Positions 49,757 through 60,519 of a DNA stretch of 64,000 bases are shown in pieces; positions within the stretch are counted from its first letter, which is position 1; every line of letters starts with the position of its first letter. The stretch is taken from the NCBI GenBank assembly GCA_963675755.2, contig CAXXMD010000003.1:1216001-1280000 (forward strand), read 5' to 3'. The position numbers were made by a program, and so were the translations under genes. Under the pieces are notes generated by a model. The model was not told the DNA's origin and made no database searches. It saw nothing but the letters and a program-made list of their open reading frames with translations. The stretch is from a bacterium (lineage in GTDB: Bacteria > Zhuqueibacterota > Zhuqueibacteria > Residuimicrobiales > Krinioviventaceae).

Positions 49757-50899
49757 TTATTCCGTATCTTTAAGGTTGATAATAAATGCTTTATCACTGC
49801 TTCTGTTACCGGCAAGATCTTCTGCCCAGAAAATCAATATATAATTACCCAGCAAATCATCAGGATCAAATACACCGGTAATAGAATAAACACCGTCATT
49901 CGCGGTCAAATCACCGCGGTATCCCTGGTCCCAATTATCATAACTGTATTCCAAACCGTTATCAAACAATTGATAAGGGCTGCCACCAGGATACGAAGCA
50001 TCCGGTTTCTGCCAGGACACGCGGACCTCTTTAATATCTCCCAACCCCTGTGCATCTGATATCGGCACTTCAATCAGGAAATTGACGATATAATCTAATG
50101 GCGGCCGTTCAATCTGCCGTGGGGCAGAAATCTCGCCCAATTCAGGATAGGTGTTTTCAATATATAAAATCCGGGTTGCCGGATCACTGCTTACATTAGA
50201 CTGGTCCGTTGCACTGAAAACAATATCATAGCTTCCTTTTTTTCCTGCGGCAAAGGAGCTGTCGATGGTTATGACAAATTCTCCGGGGGTACCGGTGGGT
50301 TGCAACTCGCCGTTAAACAATTCGGCATTGTTTTGCATTCCGGTAAACACAACCGACTTTATGTCTTCTGTTCCATTAGAATCACTAACGGTAACGATAA
50401 ATTGCTGTCCCGATTCGCCGGACTTTAAACTGTCAGGAATAGAAATATCTATAATTACGGGTTTAGAGTTTGCCGTTGATTTTACTGAAAAAGCTGCATC
50501 GCTTAAAAGCTGCCCTTCAGTACTCTTGGCAGAAAAGGTAAAGATCAGATCAGAAGCCTCTGTCTGGTCCCAGTTCAACACCTGGCTAAATATACCATCA
50601 TAGGCAACCGCATCACCATCATTGCTGTCAACGGCCCCGCCATCATCATATAAAGACAGACTCTTGATGGGTGAACTGCTGCCTTGTAATGTAATTTCCA
50701 GACTTACGGATTCAACAAGATCAGAGGGTTCCACCCTGACCATTACCGGGTAACTTGAGCTGGGATTGACAATTTCAGGCACACTGAACTTTTCAACCAC
50801 CGGATTGTCACTGCTGTCATTCGGTACCGGAAGGTCCCGTTCCGAACATCCAGCGGCAATCAAAGCTAAAACAAGGAGTACATAAATAAAGCGTTTCAT
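49757..50899 (-). CDS. Lipoprotein with two choice-of-anchor-X-like (LYDDG...D..A.DG.YS) motifs
   Basis: Lipobox AAGC; LYDDGG...GDAVAYDGIFS and LFDNG...GDLTANDGVYS; ATG 50899. Confidence 0.7.
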   Translation of the reverse strand: MKRFIYVLLVLALIAAGCSERDLPVPNDSSDNPVVEKFSVPEIVNPSSSYPVMVRVEPSDLVESVSLEITLQGSSSPIKSLSLYDDGGAVDSNDGDAVAYDGIFSQVLNWDQTEASDLIFTFSAKSTEGQLLSDAAFSVKSTANSKPVIIDISIPDSLKSGESGQQFIVTVSDSNGTEDIKSVVFTGMQNNAELFNGELQPTGTPGEFVITIDSSFAAGKKGSYDIVFSATDQSNVSSDPATRILYIENTYPELGEISAPRQIERPPLDYIVNFLIEVPISDAQGLGDIKEVRVSWQKPDASYPGGSPYQLFDNGLEYSYDNWDQGYRGDLTANDGVYSITGVFDPDDLLGNYILIFWAEDLAGNRSSDKAFIINLKDTE

Positions 50900-50914
50900 A
50901 TTATTTTCCCGCAT

Positions 50915-50953
50915 AAAAAAAACCGGGCCTGACAAAACATGGGGGCTCGGTTT
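50915..50953 (-). terminator. Terminator-like hairpin directly upstream of the lipoprotein-PorV operon
   Basis: Minus strand AAACCGAGCC...GGCCCGGTTT followed by a T-run. Confidence 0.5.
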
Positions 50954-51141
50954 ATATGAGTTCATGTTGCCAGACAATTTGTCACTGCACAATTCAATGA
51001 GTTAAATAAATTTTCACCTATTTATCAAAAAAACAACAGTAACAAATATTTCTCTGGCAATCTCCTTTTTCTATATAATTAGAAAAAATACGCATATTGG
51101 TCCCAATAATCAAGCACTTTTTCTTCATATTGTGAGTTCAA

Positions 51142-51789
51142 TCATCCCCGTGTAGTCAGCCTGATTATGTGTTCATACAACAAACCATGGTTCCTGAATG
51201 TAACGTCAGCTTTTGACAATAGTTCCCCTGAAAGCGTGGTTTCAAGGGCGTAACACACTGTTCCCGCAGCTTTGGCAGCATCAATACCCAGGGGTGCATT
51301 TTCTACAACAATGCATTCTTTGGGTGTCAGTTTTAATCTTTTAATAGCGGCCAAATACGGATCAGGATGGGGTTTACCGCGATCGGTATCCTTGTCTGTT
51401 ATAATCACAGAAAACTGATCCAATAGCGATTCGTCCAATATAGCTTTTACATTGCCAATATGCGTACCGGTAACCAGTCCCGCTTGCATACCAGCATCTT
51501 TAGCCGCAGCCAGGATCTGAGGAATCTCGGGATAAACTTTGATGCCTTCCCGTGCAGAAAAAATCTTGTTTTTCTCTGCAATCCAGTAACGACCCATTTC
51601 CTCCGAGATGGTTTGCCCCGCCTGTTCAAACAATGCGCAGGCAATCTGCCATCCGGGTCGCCCCTCATTCATACGTATAGTCAATCCATCCGGCTCAAAG
51701 GAAAGGATCTGTTTCCAGGCATCCAAATGGTGTTCAAATGTATTGGCAACAACCCCGTCAAAATCAAACAAAAGTACCTTGTGTTCCAT
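51142..51789 (-). CDS. HAD-family phosphatase (beta-PGM-like)
   Basis: FDFDGV, GKPHPDPY, VVENAPLGI.AA. Confidence 0.9.
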   Translation of the reverse strand: MEHKVLLFDFDGVVANTFEHHLDAWKQILSFEPDGLTIRMNEGRPGWQIACALFEQAGQTISEEMGRYWIAEKNKIFSAREGIKVYPEIPQILAAAKDAGMQAGLVTGTHIGNVKAILDESLLDQFSVIITDKDTDRGKPHPDPYLAAIKRLKLTPKECIVVENAPLGIDAAKAAGTVCYALETTLSGELLSKADVTFRNHGLLYEHIIRLTTRG

Positions 51790-51794
51790 AGAGA

Positions 51795-52505
51795 TTAGAC
51801 CACGGACAGCTTGAATTGACGTAATGTTTTTTCCAGACCCAGCATGATGGACTTTGATACAATAGCCCGGCCCACATTAAATTCTTCAATATACGGAACG
51901 TTTCCCAGCTCACGCAGGTTTTGCTCATTCAATCCCCTGCCAACTGAAACACCGAGTCCCAATTTGTTTGCCGCCATGGCAACAGATTTTATCTGTTCAA
52001 CATGATCGTTCATGGTTCCCAAATCTTCTATACGGGCCAGTGCCGCAGTATTGATCTGGACATAATCCATTCTCGCCCGCGCCGCAGCCCGTATTTGCTG
52101 CACATCCGGTTTAACCAGTGCGCTGACAACAACATTATTGGCCCTATACGCCGCGGTAACATCTTCAATATATTCCAGATTTGTCACCAGATCGAGCGAT
52201 TGTTCAGGTGTTTGCTCGCCGGTTGCCGGCAGCAACGTTACCATATCGGGCAGCCATTTCAAGGTTTTTTTGATCATCTCATCATTCAGGGTAATGGCTA
52301 CATTAAAATGAGATTGAACTACCTGCTTTAATACAATCACATCCCGTTCTGTTATATCCAAAAGATCATCCTTTACCTGTACGGTAATTCCGTCCACGCC
52401 CGCCATCTCTGCGGCTACAGCAGCAGCAACAGGATCGGGAGATTTGCTTTTGTTCAAATTTCGAATATAGGCAATTTGGTTCAGACAAAAACACATTCTA
52501 GCCAT
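51795..52505 (-). CDS. Pyridoxine 5'-phosphate synthase (PdxJ)-like protein, catalytically degenerate
   Basis: PDPV.AA..AE.AG.DGITV, I..RDV, PD.VTL.P, GL.V..G.GL and EFNVG.AI match the PdxJ scaffold, but active-site His/Glu/Arg residues are replaced. Confidence 0.8.
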   Translation of the reverse strand: MARMCFCLNQIAYIRNLNKSKSPDPVAAAVAAEMAGVDGITVQVKDDLLDITERDVIVLKQVVQSHFNVAITLNDEMIKKTLKWLPDMVTLLPATGEQTPEQSLDLVTNLEYIEDVTAAYRANNVVVSALVKPDVQQIRAAARARMDYVQINTAALARIEDLGTMNDHVEQIKSVAMAANKLGLGVSVGRGLNEQNLRELGNVPYIEEFNVGRAIVSKSIMLGLEKTLRQFKLSVV

Positions 52506-52525
52506 TCGGGGCCTTTCCTTTCAAT

Positions 52526-53662
52526 TTAATTGACAAGTTGAGAAATAGAAACAAACTCTATACCCCTCTCGTCAAGCTCGGGTACTTTTTTTTGCAATGC
52601 ATCCAGCGTTTTTTTACGCACATGGCCAATAGCTACTACATTCTCACCTTTGCTGGCCAACTCTGCTATGCGATCAAACTGACTGTTCATAAACTGTTCA
52701 TCATATTTGGCATCGATAAACAGCTTATTGACAGCAGTTTTAACACCCATCCGTCTTGCGGTTTTATAACCCACGGTTTTGGGGCTCGTAAAGCTGTCTA
52801 TAAAAATTTTATCCATGGATTTCAATTCGCTCATTACCGTATTCATCAACTGGGGCTGCATTGTTGCTTTTGAGCCCTGATGATTATTCATTCCTACCGC
52901 TCCGGGAAGTTGAGAAAAAGCCTGTTTTATACGCATCCTGACAATGCTGTTTTCCTGGTTTGCGTACAACATGTAACCATTATCATCATAGGCCGCGTTA
53001 AGCGGTTCCATGGGCATGTGCACCAGCACTTCCTTGCCCAGCAATGAAGCCTCTCTCCCAACGGTTCGGGAATCAGCCAGCCCTGGGATGATCGAGACTG
53101 TTATTGGGTAACGGAAGCGCAAAAACTCACTGGCAAGATTATTATAATCATATCCAAAATCATCAATCACAATGGCTACATAACCTAATGGTAGTTTCCG
53201 TTTAAACAGATAACTGCAAGCCGGCTGTTCATCTATATTAATTTTCATTAAAAACTGGTTTTCATCGGTTTCTTTACAGCTGATTGATGTGTTGGCAAGG
53301 GCTTCCATTCGTTTATCAACAGATGAATATAGTTTAAGAAAATCCATTTTGCGGGGAATTTGCACTTCTACATAACTGCCACGCTGGATCTGCCAATCAT
53401 CCTGAATATGATACTCTTCAAACACATCTTTGATATGCTGCAATACGATGATTTTGTCCCCGTCACTGATTTGCCTTATTTCCGGCTCATCCGGATTCAT
53501 CGTTGCGGGAAGCACCCAAAACCTTGCAGCAGTTAAAATAATCGCAGAAACAGAGAGCGCAATAATCCAGATGGTTCTTGAATCCATCTTGAAATCAAAT
53601 TTCAACTGTTTCTTTTTGGGTGAATTCCCATGAAAAGATTGTCTTCTCATATTACTTTCCAA
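52526..53662 (-). CDS. Divergent polysaccharide deacetylase family protein (YibQ-like)
   Basis: AIVIDDFG, LVHMPMEP, GMNNHQGS, FIDS.T, AIGH. Confidence 0.9.
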   Translation of the reverse strand: MESNMRRQSFHGNSPKKKQLKFDFKMDSRTIWIIALSVSAIILTAARFWVLPATMNPDEPEIRQISDGDKIIVLQHIKDVFEEYHIQDDWQIQRGSYVEVQIPRKMDFLKLYSSVDKRMEALANTSISCKETDENQFLMKINIDEQPACSYLFKRKLPLGYVAIVIDDFGYDYNNLASEFLRFRYPITVSIIPGLADSRTVGREASLLGKEVLVHMPMEPLNAAYDDNGYMLYANQENSIVRMRIKQAFSQLPGAVGMNNHQGSKATMQPQLMNTVMSELKSMDKIFIDSFTSPKTVGYKTARRMGVKTAVNKLFIDAKYDEQFMNSQFDRIAELASKGENVVAIGHVRKKTLDALQKKVPELDERGIEFVSISQLVN

Positions 53663-54290
53663 ATCTGGCTTTTAGTTCACTCCAGGTAGTTGCCGACGCA
53701 TCACCTGTTGCCGTATCACTCCAGCGGTAAATATACCACAAATCCTCAGCTGTTCGCACTAACCTGAATTCTGCCTGTCCCTTGAAAGTGCGGGGACATT
53801 CATCTTCATCACATGTATAGTTTAGCACCAACTCGTATTCCTGCAGCAAAATAACCGAATCCTGATAAGTATCTTCCCGTGAGGATGTGAATTTCAAGCT
53901 GCTTGTAGAGTCTTGCGGCAAATAAAGCATGAGCTGGTTCAGGTAATTCAGCTCATTTTCTTTACCCCATCTTTCAAACAAACCGGGATTATTGACAATT
54001 ACCGACGGATCTGCAAAAAAGGAAAAGGTTTTAGTAGAATTACTTGTATCCGCAAGGCACCTGACATAGTTGGAAATGTTCTTTTCCGAGATTGCGTTGC
54101 GTAAATTAGCCATCACGTAGCTTGCCGAAGTTGGCTGTATCCATGATGATTGCTCAGTAACAGGATCTTCCGGCTCTCTTGTGGAAAACGGGAATTCACA
54201 AGCGCTTGCAATCAAAACAACAAGACAACATAACACTTGAACAAGTGCAAGGTTTCGATTATATTTAACTATTATTTTCAACTGGAGCAA
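53652..54290 (-). CDS. Hypothetical lipoprotein (NTF2-like); start uncertain
   Basis: Lipobox ASAC-EFPFSTREPE; W.I.RW.D; TWSELK.RF. Confidence 0.7.
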   Translation of the reverse strand: MLQLKIIVKYNRNLALVQVLCCLVVLIASACEFPFSTREPEDPVTEQSSWIQPTSASYVMANLRNAISEKNISNYVRCLADTSNSTKTFSFFADPSVIVNNPGLFERWGKENELNYLNQLMLYLPQDSTSSLKFTSSREDTYQDSVILLQEYELVLNYTCDEDECPRTFKGQAEFRLVRTAEDLWYIYRWSDTATGDASATTWSELKARFGK

Positions 54291-54292
54291 AT

Positions 54293-54691
54293 ATGTTTTT
54301 TCGTTTTTTAATTTTATTTACCACCATACCCCTTTTAGAGATTTGGCTGCTTTTAGAAATCAGCAAACAACTTGGTGTGTTAGACACAATTGCACTGGTT
54401 ATCATTACCGGTCTTGCCGGAGCCTGGCTTGCCAAATCTCAGGGATTTATGTTATGGCAAAGTATTCAGTTAGAATTACAACAAGGACGAATGCCGTCAG
54501 ATTCCCTGATTGAAGGCCTGCTGCTCTTGATCGGGGGCATTGTACTGCTGACTCCCGGTCTGATTACCGACACTGCAGGTTTGCTGCTGCTTTTTCCACC
54601 GTCACGAAAATGGGTTTTGAAACAGGTTAAAAAACATTTTTCAAACAGAATCCACATTCAACCCATTCACTATGACAATCCTATGGAATAA
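54293..54691 (+). CDS. fxsA: FxsA-family membrane protein
   Basis: P.LEI.LL, G..LAKSQG, GG..LLTPG.ITD..G. Confidence 0.9.
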   Translation: MFFRFLILFTTIPLLEIWLLLEISKQLGVLDTIALVIITGLAGAWLAKSQGFMLWQSIQLELQQGRMPSDSLIEGLLLLIGGIVLLTPGLITDTAGLLLLFPPSRKWVLKQVKKHFSNRIHIQPIHYDNPME

Positions 54692-54832
54692 ACAAATATA
54701 TCGTTATTCAGCAGTACATTCAAGCTATTTTTTTACACATGGTTTGTTTTTCGGATTGATATTAACCTTTGCATTGTTACAGGGATTTGTTATATTTCAA
54801 CCCTGTTTTAAAAAACAGACGGGTCAAAACTT

Positions 54833-57800
54833 ATGCACTATATTGCCGATATACACATTCATTCATATTACTCCAGGGCTACCAGTAAAAACCTGAACCT
54901 TGAGCATTTAAACAAATGGGCTCAAATCAAGGGACTCAAGGTGGTAGCAACAGGAGATATCACTCATCCTCAATGGCTTGAAGAAATGCGGCAAAAGCTT
55001 GAACCCGCAACAGATGGATTGTTCCGTTTAAAGCCCGAATTTGCCAAAACAACACAATCAGAAGTGCCTGGCGCCTGTAATGACGATATCTATTTTATTC
55101 TCACGGGTGAAATCAGTAATATATATAAAAGACATGATCAGGTCCGCAAGGTCCATAATGTGGTCATGTTCCCTACTCTTGACGCTGTAGCAAAATTTCA
55201 AAACACGCTCGATAAAATCGGCAATATCCGCTCTGACGGTCGCCCGATATTGGGACTGGATTCCAGAGATTTGCTTGAAATTGTGCTTGAAACCGATGAC
55301 CAGGGCGTGCTGATTCCCGCACATATCTGGACTCCCTGGTTCTCCATGTTGGGCTCAAAATCCGGTTTCGACACTGTGGAAGAATGCTTTGGAGACCTGA
55401 CTCCGCATATTTTTGCCATGGAAACCGGTTTATCATCAGATCCGCCTATGAACTGGCGCCTGTCCATGCTGGACAAATACAATCTGGTCTCCAATTCAGA
55501 CGCTCACTCGCCTGCCAAGCTGGCGCGCGAAGCCAATATATTCGATACCGAACTTTCATACCCGGCAATGATTTCTGCTTTAAGGGATAAAAATTCAGAT
55601 GGCTTTTGGGGCACACTGGAATTCTTTCCCGAAGAAGGCAAATACCACATGGACGGTCACCGAAAATGCAACAGCATGACCTATCCCGCGGATACCATCA
55701 AGAACAATGGATTGTGCCCGGTTTGCGGAAAACCCGCCACACTGGGTGTCAGCTATCGCGTTGAAGAACTGGCAGACCGCCCGGAAGGAGAAAAACCGGC
55801 AGACGCCAAACCCTTTATGAGCCTGGTGCCTTTACCTGAACTGATCAGTGAAGAAAAAGGTGTGGGTCCCAACAGCAAAACCGTACAAACCCGTTATTTT
55901 CAGCTTTTAAACGAACTTGGTTCCGAACTCGATATATTGATGAACCTTCCCCTTGCAGACATTGAAAAAGCGGGAGGTTCTCTGCTGGCTGAAGGCATTC
56001 GCAGGATGCGTGAAGCTGAAGTGCTCCCCCAGCCAGGCTATGATGGTGAATACGGAATTATCAGGGTGTTTCAGGGTACAGATCGGCAGGATATTCTACA
56101 GCAGGGCATACTTTTCCAGACCGAAAGTGTTCCTGAAACCAAGCCCGCGACTGAAAAACCCATCTTAACCCCTAAAAAAGAAAAAAATGCCGAATCAATC
56201 CTCAGGGAAAATCCGCAAACAGATTATGGGTTAAACCAAGAACAGCGGCAGGCAGTATCGCATCGGGACGCCCCGCTGATCATCAAAGCTGGGCCCGGCA
56301 CCGGAAAAACCCGTACGCTGACCGAGCGCATTGCCTCTCTGGTCTTGAAAGACAAGGCAAAACCCGAGCAAGTTCTTGCCGTTACTTTTACTCACAAAGC
56401 CGCCGATGAAATGCGTGATCGTCTTGCAAAACTGCTTTCGGAAGTAACTGTTAAAAACATGCAGGTATTGACATTTCATGCTCTTGGCGCGCAACTGCTG
56501 AGAAAAACAGAATATTTTGCCGGAAGAGACAATACCTTTAGCATTATTGATACAGAAAACGACAAGCACTTTCAGGAAACTTTTGCAGATCGTCACGGCA
56601 AACTAACCAAAGCTTTACTACGTAACATTTCCATAATAAAAGGACAGGGGTACGATCCTGATTCCATACCTGAAGAACAAATCGCTGAATTGCCTGAAAA
56701 CTTTATCAACCAATATCGAAACTATGAAGAACTGCTGACATCGTTAAATGCAGTGGATTACGATGACCTGGTACTGCTTCCGGTACGTTTGCTGCGCAAC
56801 GATCCTGACCTGCGTCGGGACTGGCTGCAAAACATTCAATACATATCGGTAGATGAATTTCAGGACATAAACCGTGTGCAGTATGAACTGCTATCGCTTT
56901 TCTCGGTAACCGCTCAGGATATCTGTGTAATAGGTGACCCGGACCAGGCTATATATGGATTCAGGGGAGCCAGCAATGCATTTTTTGACCAGTTTATAAA
57001 AGATTTTCCGGATGTTGTAACCATCTCGCTGAAACGTAACTATCGTTCAGCCCAAAATATTTTAAATGCCTCCAGACAGATCCTGAATGTGGGGAAAGAA
57101 GCGCCGCAAGACAGATTATGGTCTAACCTGGCGCCGGAAGTCAAAGTCAACATGCATTCCTGCCTAACCGACAAGGCCGAGGCGGAATTTATTGTGCATC
57201 GCATAGAGCAGCTTGTTGGCGGTACCAGTTTTTTCTCAATGGACAGCAGCCGTGTGGATGATCGCGGCCTACCTGAAAGCTATGTCTTTTCTGACATGGC
57301 GGTATTGCTTCGCAGTCGTCAATTACTTCCAGCACTTGTTGAAGCACTTGACCGTTCAGGAATCCCCTTTAGCAGCTTTGACGAATCACCTGTCACCGCA
57401 GAGCCTGTATTTCTCTTTCTTACATCTGCCTTTAATCAGATGATTGGCAATCCCCTTTCTGACATTCAAGCCCAATATCTCTTGCTGCCTTTTTGCGGAT
57501 TTCCGGAGGATACACAAGACATACCCGCTGATACCGAAAACAACGAATTTTACCAGGCATTCCTGAACGAGCTGGAAGAAAAAGAACCTGACCAATCTGT
57601 AACAGAAACAGTCCGGTGGTTATGGGAATGGATAGAACAAAACAATGCCGAGTTGGAAAAAAGCCTTAAACTCAAACTCTTGAATTTATCAGAATCCTTT
57701 GCGGACAATCACGAAGCCTTTTTAGACGCGTTGATGCTGCAAACCAAAATCGACACCTTTGATGACAGAGCAGATAAGGTTAAAATTTTAACCCTGCACG

Positions 57801-58099
57801 CATCAAAAGGTCTGGAATTCCCGGTGGTCTTTATTCCGGGTTGCGAGGAAAATATAATTCCACATCGCATTCCGGGACAAAAACCCAATCTGGATGAAGA
57901 AAGAAGATTGCTATATGTGGGAATGACCCGGGCAAAACAACAGTTATACTTGTCCCATTGCAAAAAACGCCTTATATTTGGACATACACAAGAGCAGACA
58001 GCCTCTCGTTTTCTGGCATCTATCTCTAACAGTCTGCTTGAACATGGAAAACAGGAAAGAAAAAAGGGAATCAAAAGCAATCAAATGGACCTGTTTTAG
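54833..58099 (+). CDS. Endonuclease Q (PHP-family) fused to UvrD/PcrA-type SF1 helicase
   Basis: [42 protein letters not shown]; then [49 protein letters not shown]. Confidence 0.9.
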   Translation: MHYIADIHIHSYYSRATSKNLNLEHLNKWAQIKGLKVVATGDITHPQWLEEMRQKLEPATDGLFRLKPEFAKTTQSEVPGACNDDIYFILTGEISNIYKRHDQVRKVHNVVMFPTLDAVAKFQNTLDKIGNIRSDGRPILGLDSRDLLEIVLETDDQGVLIPAHIWTPWFSMLGSKSGFDTVEECFGDLTPHIFAMETGLSSDPPMNWRLSMLDKYNLVSNSDAHSPAKLAREANIFDTELSYPAMISALRDKNSDGFWGTLEFFPEEGKYHMDGHRKCNSMTYPADTIKNNGLCPVCGKPATLGVSYRVEELADRPEGEKPADAKPFMSLVPLPELISEEKGVGPNSKTVQTRYFQLLNELGSELDILMNLPLADIEKAGGSLLAEGIRRMREAEVLPQPGYDGEYGIIRVFQGTDRQDILQQGILFQTESVPETKPATEKPILTPKKEKNAESILRENPQTDYGLNQEQRQAVSHRDAPLIIKAGPGTGKTRTLTERIASLVLKDKAKPEQVLAVTFTHKAADEMRDRLAKLLSEVTVKNMQVLTFHALGAQLLRKTEYFAGRDNTFSIIDTENDKHFQETFADRHGKLTKALLRNISIIKGQGYDPDSIPEEQIAELPENFINQYRNYEELLTSLNAVDYDDLVLLPVRLLRNDPDLRRDWLQNIQYISVDEFQDINRVQYELLSLFSVTAQDICVIGDPDQAIYGFRGASNAFFDQFIKDFPDVVTISLKRNYRSAQNILNASRQILNVGKEAPQDRLWSNLAPEVKVNMHSCLTDKAEAEFIVHRIEQLVGGTSFFSMDSSRVDDRGLPESYVFSDMAVLLRSRQLLPALVEALDRSGIPFSSFDESPVTAEPVFLFLTSAFNQMIGNPLSDIQAQYLLLPFCGFPEDTQDIPADTENNEFYQAFLNELEEKEPDQSVTETVRWLWEWIEQNNAELEKSLKLKLLNLSESFADNHEAFLDALMLQTKIDTFDDRADKVKILTLHASKGLEFPVVFIPGCEENIIPHRIPGQKPNLDEERRLLYVGMTRAKQQLYLSHCKKRLIFGHTQEQTASRFLASISNSLLEHGKQERKKGIKSNQMDLF

Positions 58100-58110
58100 A
58101 TAGGAAGCAA

Positions 58111-59157
58111 ATGAAAACAATTGATCTGAGAAGCGATACCGTTACAAAACCCACCCCGGCCATGCGTGATTTTATTACCAACGCACCCGTAGGCGATGAC
58201 GTCTTTGGTGAAGACCCAACAATTAATGAATTGCAAAAACGAACCGCCGAATTACTGGGCAAAGACGCTGCCCTGTTTGTGCCAAGTGGTACCATGGCAA
58301 ACCAGATCGCTATTAAATGCCACACTATTCCCGGCGACGAAGTAATTTGTGAAAAAGGATGTCATATATTCAATTACGAGGGTGGTGCGGGCAGTATGCT
58401 ATCAGGTATCCAATACAACACACTCGTTGGAGATTACGGCCGCATCAATCCGGACCAGATCAAACAGGCCATACGCCCCAAAGACAGTCATTACGCACAA
58501 ACCCGCCTCGTAGAGTTGGAAAATACTCACAACTCGGCAGGAGGCACAATATACCCTATCGATCTGATCAAAGAAATCCGCAAAACTGCAGAATTTTATG
58601 ATTTAAAAATGCATCTGGACGGTGCAAGGCTGTGGAACGCTCATGTTGCCACAGGTGTACCGCTGAGCGAATATGCAGCACAATTTGATTCGGTATCCGT
58701 CTGTTTTTCTAAAGGGTTAGGTGCGCCAGTCGGCTCTGCCATTGCAGGCTCTTATGAATTGATCAACAGAGCGCACCGGTACCGTAAAATGTTTGGCGGA
58801 GGAATGCGTCAGGCGGGTCTGTTGGCCGCGGGAGCGCTATATGCCCTTGACAACAACCTGCAAAAACTTGACAAAGATCATCAAAATGCCAGAACCCTTG
58901 CCGAATTCCTAAACTCTGTTGATGGTGTGACTGTAAATTTAAAAGAAACGGCTACCAATATAGTTATTGCAGATTTTTCACAATTTAATGTACCTGCACC
59001 CGCTATTGCCTCAAGCCTGCAAAACAGTGGCGTATTGTGCATCGCCTTTTCCGATACAAGAATTCGCTTTGTAACTCATCTTGAAATAGAAGAAAATGAC
59101 ATTCGTGCTGCTATTGATATCATGACTAATAAATTTGAAAAAAGGGATTTTTCATGA
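58111..59157 (+). CDS. ltaE: Low-specificity L-threonine aldolase
   Basis: [42 protein letters not shown]. Confidence 0.93.
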   Translation: MKTIDLRSDTVTKPTPAMRDFITNAPVGDDVFGEDPTINELQKRTAELLGKDAALFVPSGTMANQIAIKCHTIPGDEVICEKGCHIFNYEGGAGSMLSGIQYNTLVGDYGRINPDQIKQAIRPKDSHYAQTRLVELENTHNSAGGTIYPIDLIKEIRKTAEFYDLKMHLDGARLWNAHVATGVPLSEYAAQFDSVSVCFSKGLGAPVGSAIAGSYELINRAHRYRKMFGGGMRQAGLLAAGALYALDNNLQKLDKDHQNARTLAEFLNSVDGVTVNLKETATNIVIADFSQFNVPAPAIASSLQNSGVLCIAFSDTRIRFVTHLEIEENDIRAAIDIMTNKFEKRDFS

Positions 59158-60503
59158 AAATACTTATCGTAGGCGCGGGCCAGGTGGGTTTGCACCTGGG
59201 AAAAATCTTGTCCGCTGAAAACCACGATATAACCGTTATCGACTCGAACCCGGATGTATGCAAAAAAGCCAACGACCTGCTGGATGCCCTGGTACTTGAA
59301 GGAAATGGTTCTGATCAGGAAATCCTGAAAAAAGGTGGTCTGGAAAGCAGTGATATGATTATTACGGTCACTGCTGTAGACGAGGTAAACGTTCTTGCTT
59401 GTATGATTGCCGCCAAAGCCGGCGTTAAAACCAAAATTGCCAGACTGCGCAATACGGCTTATAGCGATCCCAATGCTATCCTTAAAAAAGAAGATATGGG
59501 CATTGATTACATAATCCATCCGGAAGAAGAAACCGCTCGCGAACTGGTATGGCTCATCAAAAGAACAGCTGCCACAGATGTTGTAGAATTTGCCGAAGGC
59601 AGAATTCAGTTGATCGGCTTGAGAATTGACCGAAATTCTCCTATTTTGAACAAATCCTTTCAACAGATCACTGAACAATATCCCGATGCCCTGTTCCGTG
59701 TTGTTGCAATTTTCCGTGGTAATCAGAAAACCATCATCCCTACCGGTAAAGATGTTGTAAACCAGGGTGACCAGTTGTTCTTTATAACAGAAACGAGCCG
59801 CGTTCCACAGATTTTGTCGTTAGCCGGCAAAAGTGAAGAAAAAATGGAAAACCTGATGATATTAGGCGGCGGTATGGTTGGCAGATTGGTGGCTGCTGAA
59901 ATGGAAAAAGACCGTCATATTACCATAAAACTAATAGAAAGCAGCAGAGCAAAATCCGAGAAAATTGCCCGGGCCGTTCAAAGGACCTTGATTATTATGG
60001 GAGACGGAACCGACATTGATTTATTGGCAACAGAGGGCATTATGGACATGGATGGCTACATTGCCGTGACCAACGACGAAGAGACCAACATTATCTCGTG
60101 CCTGCTGGCTAAACATCTGGGTGTAAAACGCACATTGGCTCTTGTTAACCGTTCAGATTATATGCCGGTCATGTCATCTATTGGTTTGGACGCAGCAGTA
60201 GACCAGCAAATGATCACTGCAAATGCAATTTTACGCTTTATCAGACGCGGTAATATCATCTCTTTTGCGACATTGAGAGGTATTGAAGCCGAAGTATTTG
60301 AAATAAACGTGGGCAAAAAGTCCAAAATTGCCAATAAAACCGTCAAACAATGCAAGATTCCACGTGACATTATTATTGGCCTGATCATGCGAAATGGTAC
60401 CGTAATTGTACCTACCGGTGATTCCAGACTTGAACCCGATGACAATCTGATCATTTTCTCACTTCCCAAAATGGTCAAAACCGTAGAAAAATTATTCGGC
60501 TAA
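59154..60503 (+). CDS. trkA: Trk system potassium uptake protein TrkA
   Basis: Two RCK_N (GAGQVG; GGGMVG) and RCK_C pairs. Confidence 0.93.
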   Translation: MKILIVGAGQVGLHLGKILSAENHDITVIDSNPDVCKKANDLLDALVLEGNGSDQEILKKGGLESSDMIITVTAVDEVNVLACMIAAKAGVKTKIARLRNTAYSDPNAILKKEDMGIDYIIHPEEETARELVWLIKRTAATDVVEFAEGRIQLIGLRIDRNSPILNKSFQQITEQYPDALFRVVAIFRGNQKTIIPTGKDVVNQGDQLFFITETSRVPQILSLAGKSEEKMENLMILGGGMVGRLVAAEMEKDRHITIKLIESSRAKSEKIARAVQRTLIIMGDGTDIDLLATEGIMDMDGYIAVTNDEETNIISCLLAKHLGVKRTLALVNRSDYMPVMSSIGLDAAVDQQMITANAILRFIRRGNIISFATLRGIEAEVFEINVGKKSKIANKTVKQCKIPRDIIIGLIMRNGTVIVPTGDSRLEPDDNLIIFSLPKMVKTVEKLFG

Positions 60504-60519
60504 TTAAAGGTGCCTGTCA

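Noticed and set aside
46272-50992. Long N-terminal extensions given by the ORF track for GH57, the PorV-like genes, the propeller and the lipoprotein
   Set aside because: Downstream ATGs give clean signal peptides or domain starts and remove the overlaps
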